From assembly GCA_029210775.1 (NCBI GenBank), contig JARGGI010000002.1:12478-76477 (forward strand): a DNA stretch of 64,000 nucleotides. Reading direction: 5' to 3'. Below are positions 1 to 9,432 of this stretch, piece after piece (positions within the stretch are counted from its first letter, which is position 1; each line of letters starts with the position of its first letter). This DNA comes from Patescibacteria group bacterium (GTDB lineage Bacteria > Patescibacteriota > Minisyncoccia > JAHIHE01 > JAGLIN01). A program made the translations under genes and the position numbers. The notes beneath the pieces were generated by a model. That model searched no databases, had not been told where the DNA came from, and was given only the letters and a program-made list of their open reading frames with translations.

Positions 1-1250
1 AGTTCACCGGTCCTTGCATATTCACTGTTATAAGCAGCGTCTGCAGAAGAAACTATTGAATAATGACTTTTTAAAGACATTTTTATGTTTTCTTCATTTA
101 AAATTCCTTTATTAAAAACAACTACATGACCATTTGCACTTATCAACAATTCTATTATGGCTTCTTCTGGGCCTATTTCTTGACTTTCTGCAATGTCAAC
201 AATCTTACGACCAACTGCTTCTTTTAGCCTTGGACAGATAGAAACGATAATATTTTTATAATTATAATTCATTTCTTTCATTTCTTGAATAATTTTTTTT
301 CTCAAATCAATATCTCTTAATCTTTTTATCATTTCTTTTCTTCCTCCTTGTGAAACCCAATCTGGAAGAAGTATATATAAAACAGATCCCGTTGTATTAT
401 ATGGATATACATCAAAACTAATTTCAACTCCTTCTTCATTTGCAATATTAATCATATCTATTGCCTTTTGCATATCTGACCAATATTTTTTTCCTACTGC
501 TTTTAAATGTGAAATTTCGATAGGTACCTCAGTGTTTCTTCCAATTTGTATTGTTTCATTTATACTTGGTAACAACTCCTCAGATTCGCCCCTAATATGA
601 CTTGCATAAAAAGAATTATAATTTTTAAGTATTCCTACTAAAAATTTTATTTCATATATAGTCGCTGCTCTTGCGTGCGAAAAAACAAGACCAGTTGACA
701 TTCCAAAAGCCCCTTCTTTCAAACTATCTGAAAGCATTCTTCCAATCATCTTTATTTCATCATCTGTAATTTTCCGGATTTGATCTCCCATTAAACCTCT
801 CCTCAAAGTTTCATGTCCAACCAAAGTTCCAAAATTTACCCCTAAACTTTTTTTACTTAATTCGAAAAAAAACTCTTTTGTTCTCTTCCAATTTATATTT
901 ATATTTCCAATATCAACCCATTTCCTCATTGACTCAACAGACCCCTCACCCAATACTGGAGACAAAGATGTTCCACAATTTCCACCAATTATTGTCGTAA
1001 CTCCATCCATAACTTTACTATCCAATCTTGGTATTGTAAAAATAGTCCAAAAATTATCTGAATGATCTTGAATGTCAATAAATCCTGGGCAAACAATTTT
1101 TCCCTTTACATCTATGACTTCTGTGGATTCAATATTTCCAGCATTTTCAAGAATTGTTATTACACCCTTTTCTATTCCGATATCCGCAACAAAACTCTTT
1201 AGACCAGTTCCGTCAACTACAGTTCCGTTTTTTATTAATAAATCTAACAT
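1..1250 (-). CDS. N-acyl-D-amino-acid deacylase / amidohydrolase family protein (runs off window start)
   Basis: Manual translation from ATG at 1250: MLDLLIKNGTVVDGTG...DIGIEKGVI...VIDVKGKIVCPGFIDIQDHSD...GVTTIIGGNCG, the typical D-aminoacylase N-terminus. Not in the ORF track because it is truncated. Confidence 0.85.
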   Translation of the reverse strand, partial: MLDLLIKNGTVVDGTGLKSFVADIGIEKGVITILENAGNIESTEVIDVKGKIVCPGFIDIQDHSDNFWTIFTIPRLDSKVMDGVTTIIGGNCGTSLSPVLGEGSVESMRKWVDIGNININWKRTKEFFFELSKKSLGVNFGTLVGHETLRRGLMGDQIRKITDDEIKMIGRMLSDSLKEGAFGMSTGLVFSHARAATIYEIKFLVGILKNYNSFYASHIRGESEELLPSINETIQIGRNTEVPIEISHLKAVGKKYWSDMQKAIDMINIANEEGVEISFDVYPYNTTGSVLYILLPDWVSQGGRKEMIKRLRDIDLRKKIIQEMKEMNYNYKNIIVSICPRLKEAVGRKIVDIAESQEIGPEEAIIELLISANGHVVVFNKGILNEENIKMSLKSHYSIVSSADAAYNSEYARTGE

Positions 1251-1275
1251 AAAACAAATTATTAATTTTTATTAT

Positions 1276-1373
1276 CTGTCATTGCGAATCCGCAGGCGAA
1301 ACAATCCTGTAACTATGTATAAAAAATTTAATTACGAAATTACTTCGGTCATTGCGACTCCCTCACAATGACA
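1276..1373. repeat. Degenerate REP-like palindromic element (TGTCATTGCGA...CAATGACA family)
   Basis: ctgtcattgcgaatccgcaggcgaaacaatc...gaaattacttcggtc...cctcacaatgaca; same family as 32714-32983. Confidence 0.7.
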
Positions 1374-1436
1374 ATGAAAAAAAAAATAGGAATTAAAACC
1401 GCGACTTTATGAACTTTATAAACTTTCAATTTTTAA

Positions 1437-2498
1437 CTAATTCCCCATTCCCATCAAACCAATCACCAATCCTATCGCCGCCATAACCCAGGCAATAATC
1501 CAAAATCTCATTGTAATTTTACACTCGGGCCATCCAAGTGCTTCAAAGTGATGATGAATCGGCGTGCTGTGAAAAACTTTTTTATGGCGGAATTTTTTTG
1601 AGGTTAACTGGATAATTACCGACAGCGATTCAATAACTAAAATAAAACAAACGAAAGGTAGAATTAAAAAAGAATTTGTAAGCATAGCCACCACGCCCAA
1701 GGTTACACCTAACGCCATTGAGCCGGTATCTCCCATATAAAATCTTGCGGGATGAACATTAAACCACAAAAATGCCAGTAATGTTCCAATTATTGCTGCA
1801 CAAAACATGGCCAGTTCAGTATTTCCTTGCGCGAAAGCAATTGCGCTAAACGCGCCAAAAGCGGGTAAAACAACTCCGCCCGCTAAACCGTCTAATCCAT
1901 CAGTTTCATTTAGTGAAAAAGAAGTAGCAACAATAATAAAAATAAAAAGCGGAAAATACCAAAAGCCAATTACAAAATCGCCAATTCCTGGAACATGAAC
2001 CATATCCCAGCCAAGTTTAAAATAGAACCAATAAGCACCTATAACAGCAACAAAAGCATAAAGAAGTAATCTTTCTTTAATTCCCAAACCCCCTCCCTTT
2101 GGTCCAATTTTCAAAACTCCCATAATATCATCAAGCGCTCCAACCAGACCGGCCAAAACAAGCATACCTAATGGCAAATATGTTTGAGCTCTATCTAAAA
2201 AATTTAAACTTTCTAAGTTACTAAAAAGATTAGAAAAAAATCCAAATAAAACTGCTAAAAATGAAATAACAATCCAAATTAATAATCCTCCCATTGTCGG
2301 TGTTCCAGCTTTCTTTTTATGAAGTGCTGTAAAAACGGGTGTATCACCATCTGCTCTAATTTGTTTTCCCACCCTATATTTATAAAGAAAAAAAGTTAGT
2401 AATGGAGTTAGGATCATGGCAACAGCAAAGGAAATAAAAAGTATCGTAAAAACGCGCGCTACTTCAATCACCAAAATAGGATTTTCAAATACAAACAT
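1437..2498 (-). CDS. mraY: Phospho-N-acetylmuramoyl-pentapeptide transferase
   Basis: KAGTPTMGG, LDD, DGLDGL, MGDTGS and PIHHHFE motifs; multi-TM. Confidence 0.97.
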   Translation of the reverse strand: MFVFENPILVIEVARVFTILFISFAVAMILTPLLTFFLYKYRVGKQIRADGDTPVFTALHKKKAGTPTMGGLLIWIVISFLAVLFGFFSNLFSNLESLNFLDRAQTYLPLGMLVLAGLVGALDDIMGVLKIGPKGGGLGIKERLLLYAFVAVIGAYWFYFKLGWDMVHVPGIGDFVIGFWYFPLFIFIIVATSFSLNETDGLDGLAGGVVLPAFGAFSAIAFAQGNTELAMFCAAIIGTLLAFLWFNVHPARFYMGDTGSMALGVTLGVVAMLTNSFLILPFVCFILVIESLSVIIQLTSKKFRHKKVFHSTPIHHHFEALGWPECKITMRFWIIAWVMAAIGLVIGLMGMGN

Positions 2499-2575
2499 AA
2501 AATTATTTTATTATTTTAACAAAAATTTAATTTCGATCAGTTGATATATTAATAAGCTATTATGATTTTATGCTA

Positions 2576-2956
2576 TCATTTTATACTCTTTTTGTAAATC
2601 AAAAATACTGCAAAAAATACCCCTAAACTATCAATAAAAACATCTATTAAACTGCCTTGCCTACCAAAAACAAAAAGTTGATGATATTCATCAGCAAAAG
2701 CATAGGTTAAAGCAAAAATTATCACAAAAGAAACAGATCTTTTTCGTGTAAATCCACTACCCTTAAAATAAGCTCTAAAAAGAAGAGCGGTTAGAATTCC
2801 ATATTCCACCATATGCGCAATTTTTCTGAAAACAAAATCCCACTGACTTGGTAAATCTGATTTCAAATTTGGAATTGATGAGAGATAATAAATAACTGTG
2901 CACCAAAAAAACACTGGAAGCCAATATTTTATAATTATTATTGTTTTTCTCTGCAT
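2576..2956 (-). CDS. VanZ family membrane protein
   Basis: RKIAHMVEYGIL and DEYHQLFVFGRQGSLIDVFIDSLG motifs. Confidence 0.9.
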   Translation of the reverse strand: MQRKTIIIIKYWLPVFFWCTVIYYLSSIPNLKSDLPSQWDFVFRKIAHMVEYGILTALLFRAYFKGSGFTRKRSVSFVIIFALTYAFADEYHQLFVFGRQGSLIDVFIDSLGVFFAVFLIYKKSIK

Positions 2957-2965
2957 TTTTTAATA

Positions 2966-4102
2966 TTAAAATCCATAAATAAATTGATAAGCTATTCCCA
3001 AAAGTAAAACTAAAATCATAACAACAGACATCATTATTGGTACTTTGATTTCAAAGGCAGGTTTCAAATCTCCCATTTTTTTCGCTTTATAAAATGAAGC
3101 TATAATAAGAATTCCCGCAAACCCTCCTGTAACACTTCCCGCTATGCTCACAACGGTTATAAAATCACGAAGACCTAAAACAAAAATTATAAGCGGAATA
3201 AAACAAGTAAGCGCCCAAGATTTTTTTTCACTTAAATTATAATCATACCAAAATACTTCTTTTAAATTTATTCCTATTATTAAAAATGAAGTCGCTATTG
3301 CAAAAATTCCAAAGACTAATCCCAAAGTTACAATGCCATTTCCTATAGACGAACTCAATCCCAAAAGAGCTTCATCTGAAGTATTATGACCCGTAATACC
3401 AAGAATCACAGCAACAAACAAAATATATACTATGACTGTAATTATACTTCCAGAAATTATCGCACTTTTAATTTTTTTTTGATTTTTTTTCATTATATGT
3501 TCAAGTTCTGGAATCGCAGAAAGAGTTCCAACAGAAAAAAGAATTGCGCCAAAAGGAATAAATGATTGTGAAATATCAAAAGTTAATAAATTCTCAAAAT
3601 TAACAAAATTCATTCCCTTGAAAATTATTCCAAAAATGGTAATTGCAAGAAAACTAACCATTAATAATTCTATAATACTAACAAGCCTCAAGCTAATATA
3701 TATACCTGCAGAAATAAAAATTACCATTACAATGCTATATAAAAATTCGCTTCCTCCAAAATATTTTGAAAATAAAGCATTCAAAAATTTTCCTCCAATG
3801 ATTATATACGCCAATATATTAGCATATAAAGCAAAAAGTGTAACAAGTGTTGCAATCTTTTTTCCATTTTTTCCAAGATATTTTCCACAATAACCAACCA
3901 ATCTGCCATTATTTTTTGTTCTCAAAGTTACCTCAGCATACATTAAACTTAAAACAAGCATAATGAATCCCAAAATAATAATAAGCACCAAAAATAAAAA
4001 AAATCCAGACTTAGAAGCCACATAAGGTAAACTAAAAATTCCAGCACCAATTGAAGTTCCAATCATCATAGAAACTGCATATATATAACTTTTATCTATC
4101 AT
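2966..4102 (-). CDS. Aromatic amino acid permease family transporter
   Basis: IGTSIGAGIFSLP N-terminal motif; about 11 TM helices. Confidence 0.85.
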   Translation of the reverse strand: MIDKSYIYAVSMMIGTSIGAGIFSLPYVASKSGFFLFLVLIIILGFIMLVLSLMYAEVTLRTKNNGRLVGYCGKYLGKNGKKIATLVTLFALYANILAYIIIGGKFLNALFSKYFGGSEFLYSIVMVIFISAGIYISLRLVSIIELLMVSFLAITIFGIIFKGMNFVNFENLLTFDISQSFIPFGAILFSVGTLSAIPELEHIMKKNQKKIKSAIISGSIITVIVYILFVAVILGITGHNTSDEALLGLSSSIGNGIVTLGLVFGIFAIATSFLIIGINLKEVFWYDYNLSEKKSWALTCFIPLIIFVLGLRDFITVVSIAGSVTGGFAGILIIASFYKAKKMGDLKPAFEIKVPIMMSVVMILVLLLGIAYQFIYGF

Positions 4103-4107
4103 TGAAA

Positions 4108-4644
4108 TTAAAATTTATACAAATAAATATTCCAATTTTCTTTATTATGTTTTATTTTTTCTATTGGTTCCATATCGTTAATTTTAAATGCATAAGAAAC
4201 AACCCTAACTCCCTTTTTGAGTTTCATTTCTTTCAACATTTTTGCAATCTTTTGCATAAGCTTTGGTGTTAGAAAACAAAAAATAACATCTGCATTTTGT
4301 AAATCAGCTTTGAAAAAATTCTTACATCTCACTTCTATTTTCTTGGATTTTTTGGACAATTTAACTCTAATTTTCGCCAATAAATAATATGGATAAACAA
4401 GTTCATAGCCAACCCCATAACAATCATATTTTTCAACTGTTTGAACCAAAACTCGACCCTCACCACAACCAAGTTCATAAAACTTTTCATCTGGTTTAAT
4501 TTTGGCAAGAGCTACTGCTTTATCTATTCCCTTTTTTGATGTTGGAATTGGTCCAACAGCAATCATTGCAGGAAAACCATAAATAAATATTACCAAACCA
4601 GATAAAAATAGAAAAACCCAAATTATAACAAAAATGCTTAACAT
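4108..4644 (-). CDS. Class I SAM-dependent methyltransferase, membrane anchored
   Basis: FYELGCGEGR motif I, ADVIFCFL, RVVSYAF; N-terminal TM. Confidence 0.85.
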   Translation of the reverse strand: MLSIFVIIWVFLFLSGLVIFIYGFPAMIAVGPIPTSKKGIDKAVALAKIKPDEKFYELGCGEGRVLVQTVEKYDCYGVGYELVYPYYLLAKIRVKLSKKSKKIEVRCKNFFKADLQNADVIFCFLTPKLMQKIAKMLKEMKLKKGVRVVSYAFKINDMEPIEKIKHNKENWNIYLYKF

Positions 4645-4689
4645 ATTTCAATAATTTAGCAATTTAACAACCACGACAATGTGATTCGT

Positions 4690-5412
4690 CTATTCCACGA
4701 TATAAACTCTATTCATTACGTCTTCTTGCTCTATGCTTCTTACAACATCCATACCTTCAAGTACATGACCAAAAACAGTATGTTTTCCATTAAGATGAGG
4801 CTGAGCTTTTTGTGTGACTATAAAGAACTGACTTCCATTTGTGTTCGGTCCAGAATTCGCCATTGCCAAAGAGCCAGCTTCAACTTTATGAGAACTTAAA
4901 TTTTCATTATATCTATAACCCATCGCTTCTAAATCTTTTATTGTTTTTTCGTTCAAACCCAAGCTCCACGGATTAATTTCATCTTCAAAAGAATATCCCG
5001 GTCCGCCTGTTCCGTCATTATTAGGATTATCATCTTTGCTAAGCGGATCTCCTGTTTGAATCATAAAATCTGAAATTACCCGATGAAATTTTATTCCATC
5101 GTAAAAATTTTTGCTTGCTAATTTCACGAAATTTTCCACGGTTTTTGGAGCATCATTTGTAAATAGCTCTATTTTTATATTTCCTTTATTAGTTTCAATA
5201 ACAGCAATTTTATTCAATTCATCTTCCTGCGTAAAACTATCTTGCATATTTTTATTTATATCCAAAGCAATATATACCTGATAAAGCGCAAATGATAAAA
5301 CCGCCAAAAAAACAATTCCAATTATTGTTTTTTTTCTTTTTTCTTTGTTAAAAATAGTTTCTTCTTTTTCATCAATTTTTCTTTGAAGTTTAAGTTTTTG
5401 CTTTTTGCCCAT
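4690..5412 (-). CDS. Cyclophilin-type peptidyl-prolyl isomerase with N-terminal anchor
   Basis: [32 protein letters not shown] and HTVFG motifs. Confidence 0.95.
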   Translation of the reverse strand: MGKKQKLKLQRKIDEKEETIFNKEKRKKTIIGIVFLAVLSFALYQVYIALDINKNMQDSFTQEDELNKIAVIETNKGNIKIELFTNDAPKTVENFVKLASKNFYDGIKFHRVISDFMIQTGDPLSKDDNPNNDGTGGPGYSFEDEINPWSLGLNEKTIKDLEAMGYRYNENLSSHKVEAGSLAMANSGPNTNGSQFFIVTQKAQPHLNGKHTVFGHVLEGMDVVRSIEQEDVMNRVYIVE

Positions 5413-5448
5413 AGGTTTTTTGTTAATTTATTAACATATATCTAATAT

Positions 5449-5598
5449 TTATTTTTTATCTTCTTCTATTCTCCTTCTCTTTTCTTCTCTCATATCTCGA
5501 ACCATAATCTGAATAGCACGAATTGGAAGCCAAATTGGCATAAATATATTTAATATCAGTTCAAAAAATCCTTCTCCTTCTTTTTTAAGTTTAAGCAT
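5449..5598 (-). CDS. Small hypothetical protein (49 aa)
   Basis: Manual translation MLKLKKEGEGFFELILNIFMPIWLPIRAIQIMVRDMREEKRRRIEEDKK*; fills the gap, co-directional with neighbours. Confidence 0.55.
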   Translation of the reverse strand: MLKLKKEGEGFFELILNIFMPIWLPIRAIQIMVRDMREEKRRRIEEDKK

Positions 5599-5650
5599 AA
5601 TTTTAAAATTATTTTATATATTCCTTTTTTTGACAATTAAATATCAATAA

Positions 5651-8485
5651 TCAAATATCTTTTTCTTCAACCTCAAAAATATCACCTCTTTTTATTTCCC
5701 CCTTTAAGAACTTAGTAGCAATTAGATTTTCCACTCTTTCTTGAATTGTTCTTTGAAGATATCTTGCACCATATTCAGCACTATAACCCATTTTTGCTAC
5801 CAACTTCAAAGCACTATCTGAAATTTTAATTTGAATTCCCTGAGCATTATCCATTCTATTTGCCAAATTATTGATTTGAAGTCTTGCAATAGCCATTATA
5901 TCTTTTTCGCTAAGAGATCTGAAAACAATCTTCGCTGTAAAACGATTAAGAAATTCAGGTGCAAAACTCTGAAGAAGATACGGCTCCAACATCTGAAGTA
6001 TTCTTTCATTATTCTCTTTCTCATCAATCATTATTTTTCTTATTACCTTGGAACCTGCATTTGATGTTGCAATTATTATTGTATTTGTAAAATCAACTGT
6101 TCTACCTAAATTATCAGTCAATCTTCCGTCGTCAAAAACTTGTAAGAACAAATTAAAAACATTTTTATTTGCTTTTTCAATCTCATCAAGAAGAATCAAA
6201 GAAAATGGTTTTCGTTTCACGGCCTCCGTAAGAATTCCTCCAGAGCTTGTCTCAGATAAATCAGATGAAGAACCAATTAATTTTTCAACGCTATCATTTG
6301 TTTGATATTCACTCATATCAACTCTAATCATTGCATTTTCATCACCATAATAAGCTTCAGCCAATGCTTTTGCAAGTTCTGTTTTTCCAACTCCAGTCGG
6401 ACCTAAGAATAAAAATGTTCCGATAGGTCTGTTTTCATGTTTCATTCCAACCCTCACTCTTCTTATTGCAGAAGAAATTGCTTTGACAGCCTCATGCTGT
6501 CCAATAACTCTGTTATGTAAATTTTCTTCTAAACTTAAAAGTTTTTCCGCTTCGTTAGCATTTATATCTGTAAGTGGTATCCCTGTTTTTTCTGTAATCA
6601 CCTCCATTACATCCTTGTCTCTTAAAACAGAACCCGATCCCATTCTTCTTACTTCTACTGCCGTTTCACTTAATAAATCAATCGCTTTTCCAGGTAATAT
6701 GCGATTAGTTATGTATTTTTTTGAAAGCTCAACTGCTGACTTAATTGCTCTATAAGTCATCACAATCCCCTCTCTATTTTCAATAATTCTGGCTTGTACT
6801 GCTAAAATTTCCATTGTCTTTTCCTCATCCAATTCTTCAACTTTTATCAAATCAAAACTGTTTGCAAAATCAGATCTTGATTCAATATACCGATGATAAT
6901 TTCTGTAATCAGTCGTGCCAATTACCTGAAAAAGTCCTTGCGAAAGAATTGGTGATAAAATCTTTGAAGCATCAAATCCTTCTCCGCTTCCAGCTGCTGC
7001 CATATTATGTATTTCAGGAATAAACAAAATTATATTTCCACTTTTTCCCATATCTCCAATCATTTGTCTTATTCGAAGTTCTAAATCTCCTCCTGCTCTT
7101 GCACCAGCAACTAAAGCTCCAATATCAAGAACAACCAAACGCTTATCTTGTAAAGTTGGCAAAACCTGATCTTTCACCATTCTTTTGGCAAGTTCTTTCA
7201 CTATCGTTTTTCTGCCACTACCTTCTTCACCAATTAAAAGTGCATTATTTTTACTACTTCTTTCAAGTATTCTCATTAAATTATTAAGTTCTTCTTTTCT
7301 ATCTACCGCATGTCCAATCAACCCACATCTTGCTAAATCGGTCAAATCATAACTAAATCTATCTAACTCTGGTGTAACTCTTGCAGTCCAAGCTTTATTC
7401 ATTACAGTATGTCTGATTTTCCTATGCCTATTAGTCCCCACTTTTATGTGCGACCAATTTTTAACCCATAAAACAGTATTTCTTACGTCCTCTGTTTTAA
7501 TATTTATATCTTTAAAATATTTTTTGAGATTCTCATTATCAACTAAAGCCAAAAACAAGCTTTCAACCTCAACTTTACTAAATCCGATAGCAATGGTTTC
7601 GTAAAATGCCCTAATAATAACTTTTTCTAATTCAAGACTTAAAACTGTACCCCTTAGAATTCCATCTCGATTATAATAATCGCTTTTAGGCAATTCCTTT
7701 ATAAAATCATTCATGTCTTTGATAAATCTTTTTGAATCAATTTCAAGTCTTTTAAATAAAATACTTATGCCTTGATCTTGCACAAGAACTTTAGCCAAGT
7801 GATAGGGCGATGGAGCTTGACCAAGACTATGAGATAAATCGAGCGTTTGAACTAAAATATTTTTTGCAAATGGAGAAGTATATTTACTAATATTAACAGG
7901 GTCAGTGAGCTTCTTTGCTTTTTTATTATAAAAAATTTCAAATTCAGAAGATGAAGCATTAATTTCATTTTTAGACATATTTCCTGCCTTATCGCGATAA
8001 TATGCATACATCATTCCTAAAATGGAAATCCAAAACACAGATGGGCCAAATCCTTTTTCTTTTATCAAAACAGAAAGAGCATCAAAAAAATTAGTAAAAA
8101 ACGCAACTACTGATAGAAAAAAATTAAACATAATAACCCCTGTTTGAACTTTTTCAATATCTATAGTTAGTGAACTTATAAAATTTGGGTTATTAATAAT
8201 CACGAAATAAACACCATATAAAAAAGCAATAATAATAAAAAGATATATAAAAAAATTTAAAAACTTGTAAATTAATCGCGAAATCGAACGCAAAGTAGGA
8301 GAAAAACCAGAAAGTCTTTCTTCCCAATAATATATTCCATTATTACCAACATGCAAAAAAATACCAGCACCCTTGCAGGCAGTACATTCAACGCCATTTT
8401 CAAAGACTTTGTTTCCATTGCACGAAGAACATACAAGTAATTCTACTTTTATTTTCTCTTCTTTTTTTTGTTTTTTAGAAGGCAT
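5651..8485 (-). CDS. ClpA/B/C-family AAA+ ATPase with N-terminal Zn-ribbon and TM helices
   Basis: NBD2 FLGPTGVGKTELAKALA, LLDEIEKA and GAR motifs; NBD1 GEEGSGRKT; CxxC..CxxC and hydrophobic helices at the N-terminus. Confidence 0.9.
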   Translation of the reverse strand: MPSKKQKKEEKIKVELLVCSSCNGNKVFENGVECTACKGAGIFLHVGNNGIYYWEERLSGFSPTLRSISRLIYKFLNFFIYLFIIIAFLYGVYFVIINNPNFISSLTIDIEKVQTGVIMFNFFLSVVAFFTNFFDALSVLIKEKGFGPSVFWISILGMMYAYYRDKAGNMSKNEINASSSEFEIFYNKKAKKLTDPVNISKYTSPFAKNILVQTLDLSHSLGQAPSPYHLAKVLVQDQGISILFKRLEIDSKRFIKDMNDFIKELPKSDYYNRDGILRGTVLSLELEKVIIRAFYETIAIGFSKVEVESLFLALVDNENLKKYFKDINIKTEDVRNTVLWVKNWSHIKVGTNRHRKIRHTVMNKAWTARVTPELDRFSYDLTDLARCGLIGHAVDRKEELNNLMRILERSSKNNALLIGEEGSGRKTIVKELAKRMVKDQVLPTLQDKRLVVLDIGALVAGARAGGDLELRIRQMIGDMGKSGNIILFIPEIHNMAAAGSGEGFDASKILSPILSQGLFQVIGTTDYRNYHRYIESRSDFANSFDLIKVEELDEEKTMEILAVQARIIENREGIVMTYRAIKSAVELSKKYITNRILPGKAIDLLSETAVEVRRMGSGSVLRDKDVMEVITEKTGIPLTDINANEAEKLLSLEENLHNRVIGQHEAVKAISSAIRRVRVGMKHENRPIGTFLFLGPTGVGKTELAKALAEAYYGDENAMIRVDMSEYQTNDSVEKLIGSSSDLSETSSGGILTEAVKRKPFSLILLDEIEKANKNVFNLFLQVFDDGRLTDNLGRTVDFTNTIIIATSNAGSKVIRKIMIDEKENNERILQMLEPYLLQSFAPEFLNRFTAKIVFRSLSEKDIMAIARLQINNLANRMDNAQGIQIKISDSALKLVAKMGYSAEYGARYLQRTIQERVENLIATKFLKGEIKRGDIFEVEEKDI

Positions 8486-8494
8486 TGATAATTG

Positions 8495-8857
8495 TTAAAA
8501 CAAATATAATAAATTCGAAGCTACCATCAAAAATGTAACAGGAGGAGTTATAATCCATATCAAATAAATAATAATTGCTATAATAATTGAAACCAGAACA
8601 ATAATGAAACCAATAAAAACACGACCCATTCTGAAAATAGGACCTATCACTCTCCCCATATATGAATCATCTCCAAAAATCGGCTGGAACAATAATCTCA
8701 AATTTATTAAAACTCCAATATCACTTTCAACTTTTTTTATAAAATAAATCTCCTTATCCCAAAAAGATTCAGAACCCTTTACATACCAAATATAAAAGAA
8801 ATTGATTATTCCTTTTATTATATTTGCAGGCAAATTTGCAATATAGTCTGCTATCAT
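8495..8857 (-). CDS. Small membrane protein directly upstream of the Clp ATPase
   Basis: 120 aa, hydrophobic C-half, LFQPIFGD motif; 9 bp from the ATPase start. Confidence 0.75.
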   Translation of the reverse strand: MIADYIANLPANIIKGIINFFYIWYVKGSESFWDKEIYFIKKVESDIGVLINLRLLFQPIFGDDSYMGRVIGPIFRMGRVFIGFIIVLVSIIIAIIIYLIWIITPPVTFLMVASNLLYLF

Positions 8858-8983
8858 TTATTTTGTTTATTTTTCACTATTAATACGCTTACATTATAAC
8901 ATATTTATAAATATAAAAAAACTACCAGAAATAATAATTAATGATAGTTTTAAAAATCTACTTTATCTAAATAAATCTTCTAT

Positions 8984-9361
8984 TTATTTTTTCACTGCGA
9001 TAACATCCATCTCTATAGCAACTTCTTTATGGAGTTCAGAGACCTGCACAGTGACTCTTGCTGGAAAGTCCTTTTTGAAATATTTAATATAAACTTCATT
9101 CATTTCCCTATAATCACTCAGATCAAAAAGATAAATTGTAACTTTCACAACATTTTCAAAGCTCAAACCAGATGCACTCAAAATCTCTCCGATATTATCA
9201 AGCACTTGTCTTGTTTGATCTTTAATGTCTCCATTAACTATAATACCATCTTTTCTCAGTGGAATTTGTCCTGATAGAAAAACAAAATCATTAGCCTCAA
9301 CTGCCTGTGAATATGAACCAATGGGTTTTGGTGCCCTATCAGTTGAAATTATTTTTTTCAT
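8984..9361 (-). CDS. ridA: RidA/YjgF family enamine/imine deaminase
   Basis: APKPIGSYSQA, SGQIP, FPARVTVQV and IEMD motifs. Confidence 0.9.
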   Translation of the reverse strand: MKKIISTDRAPKPIGSYSQAVEANDFVFLSGQIPLRKDGIIVNGDIKDQTRQVLDNIGEILSASGLSFENVVKVTIYLFDLSDYREMNEVYIKYFKKDFPARVTVQVSELHKEVAIEMDVIAVKK

Positions 9362-9432
9362 AATGATATGAGTTAAAAATTAAGCTTTTATAATAATCAA
9401 AAATTCCTTCTTTTATCTCTTGATAAAATAAG

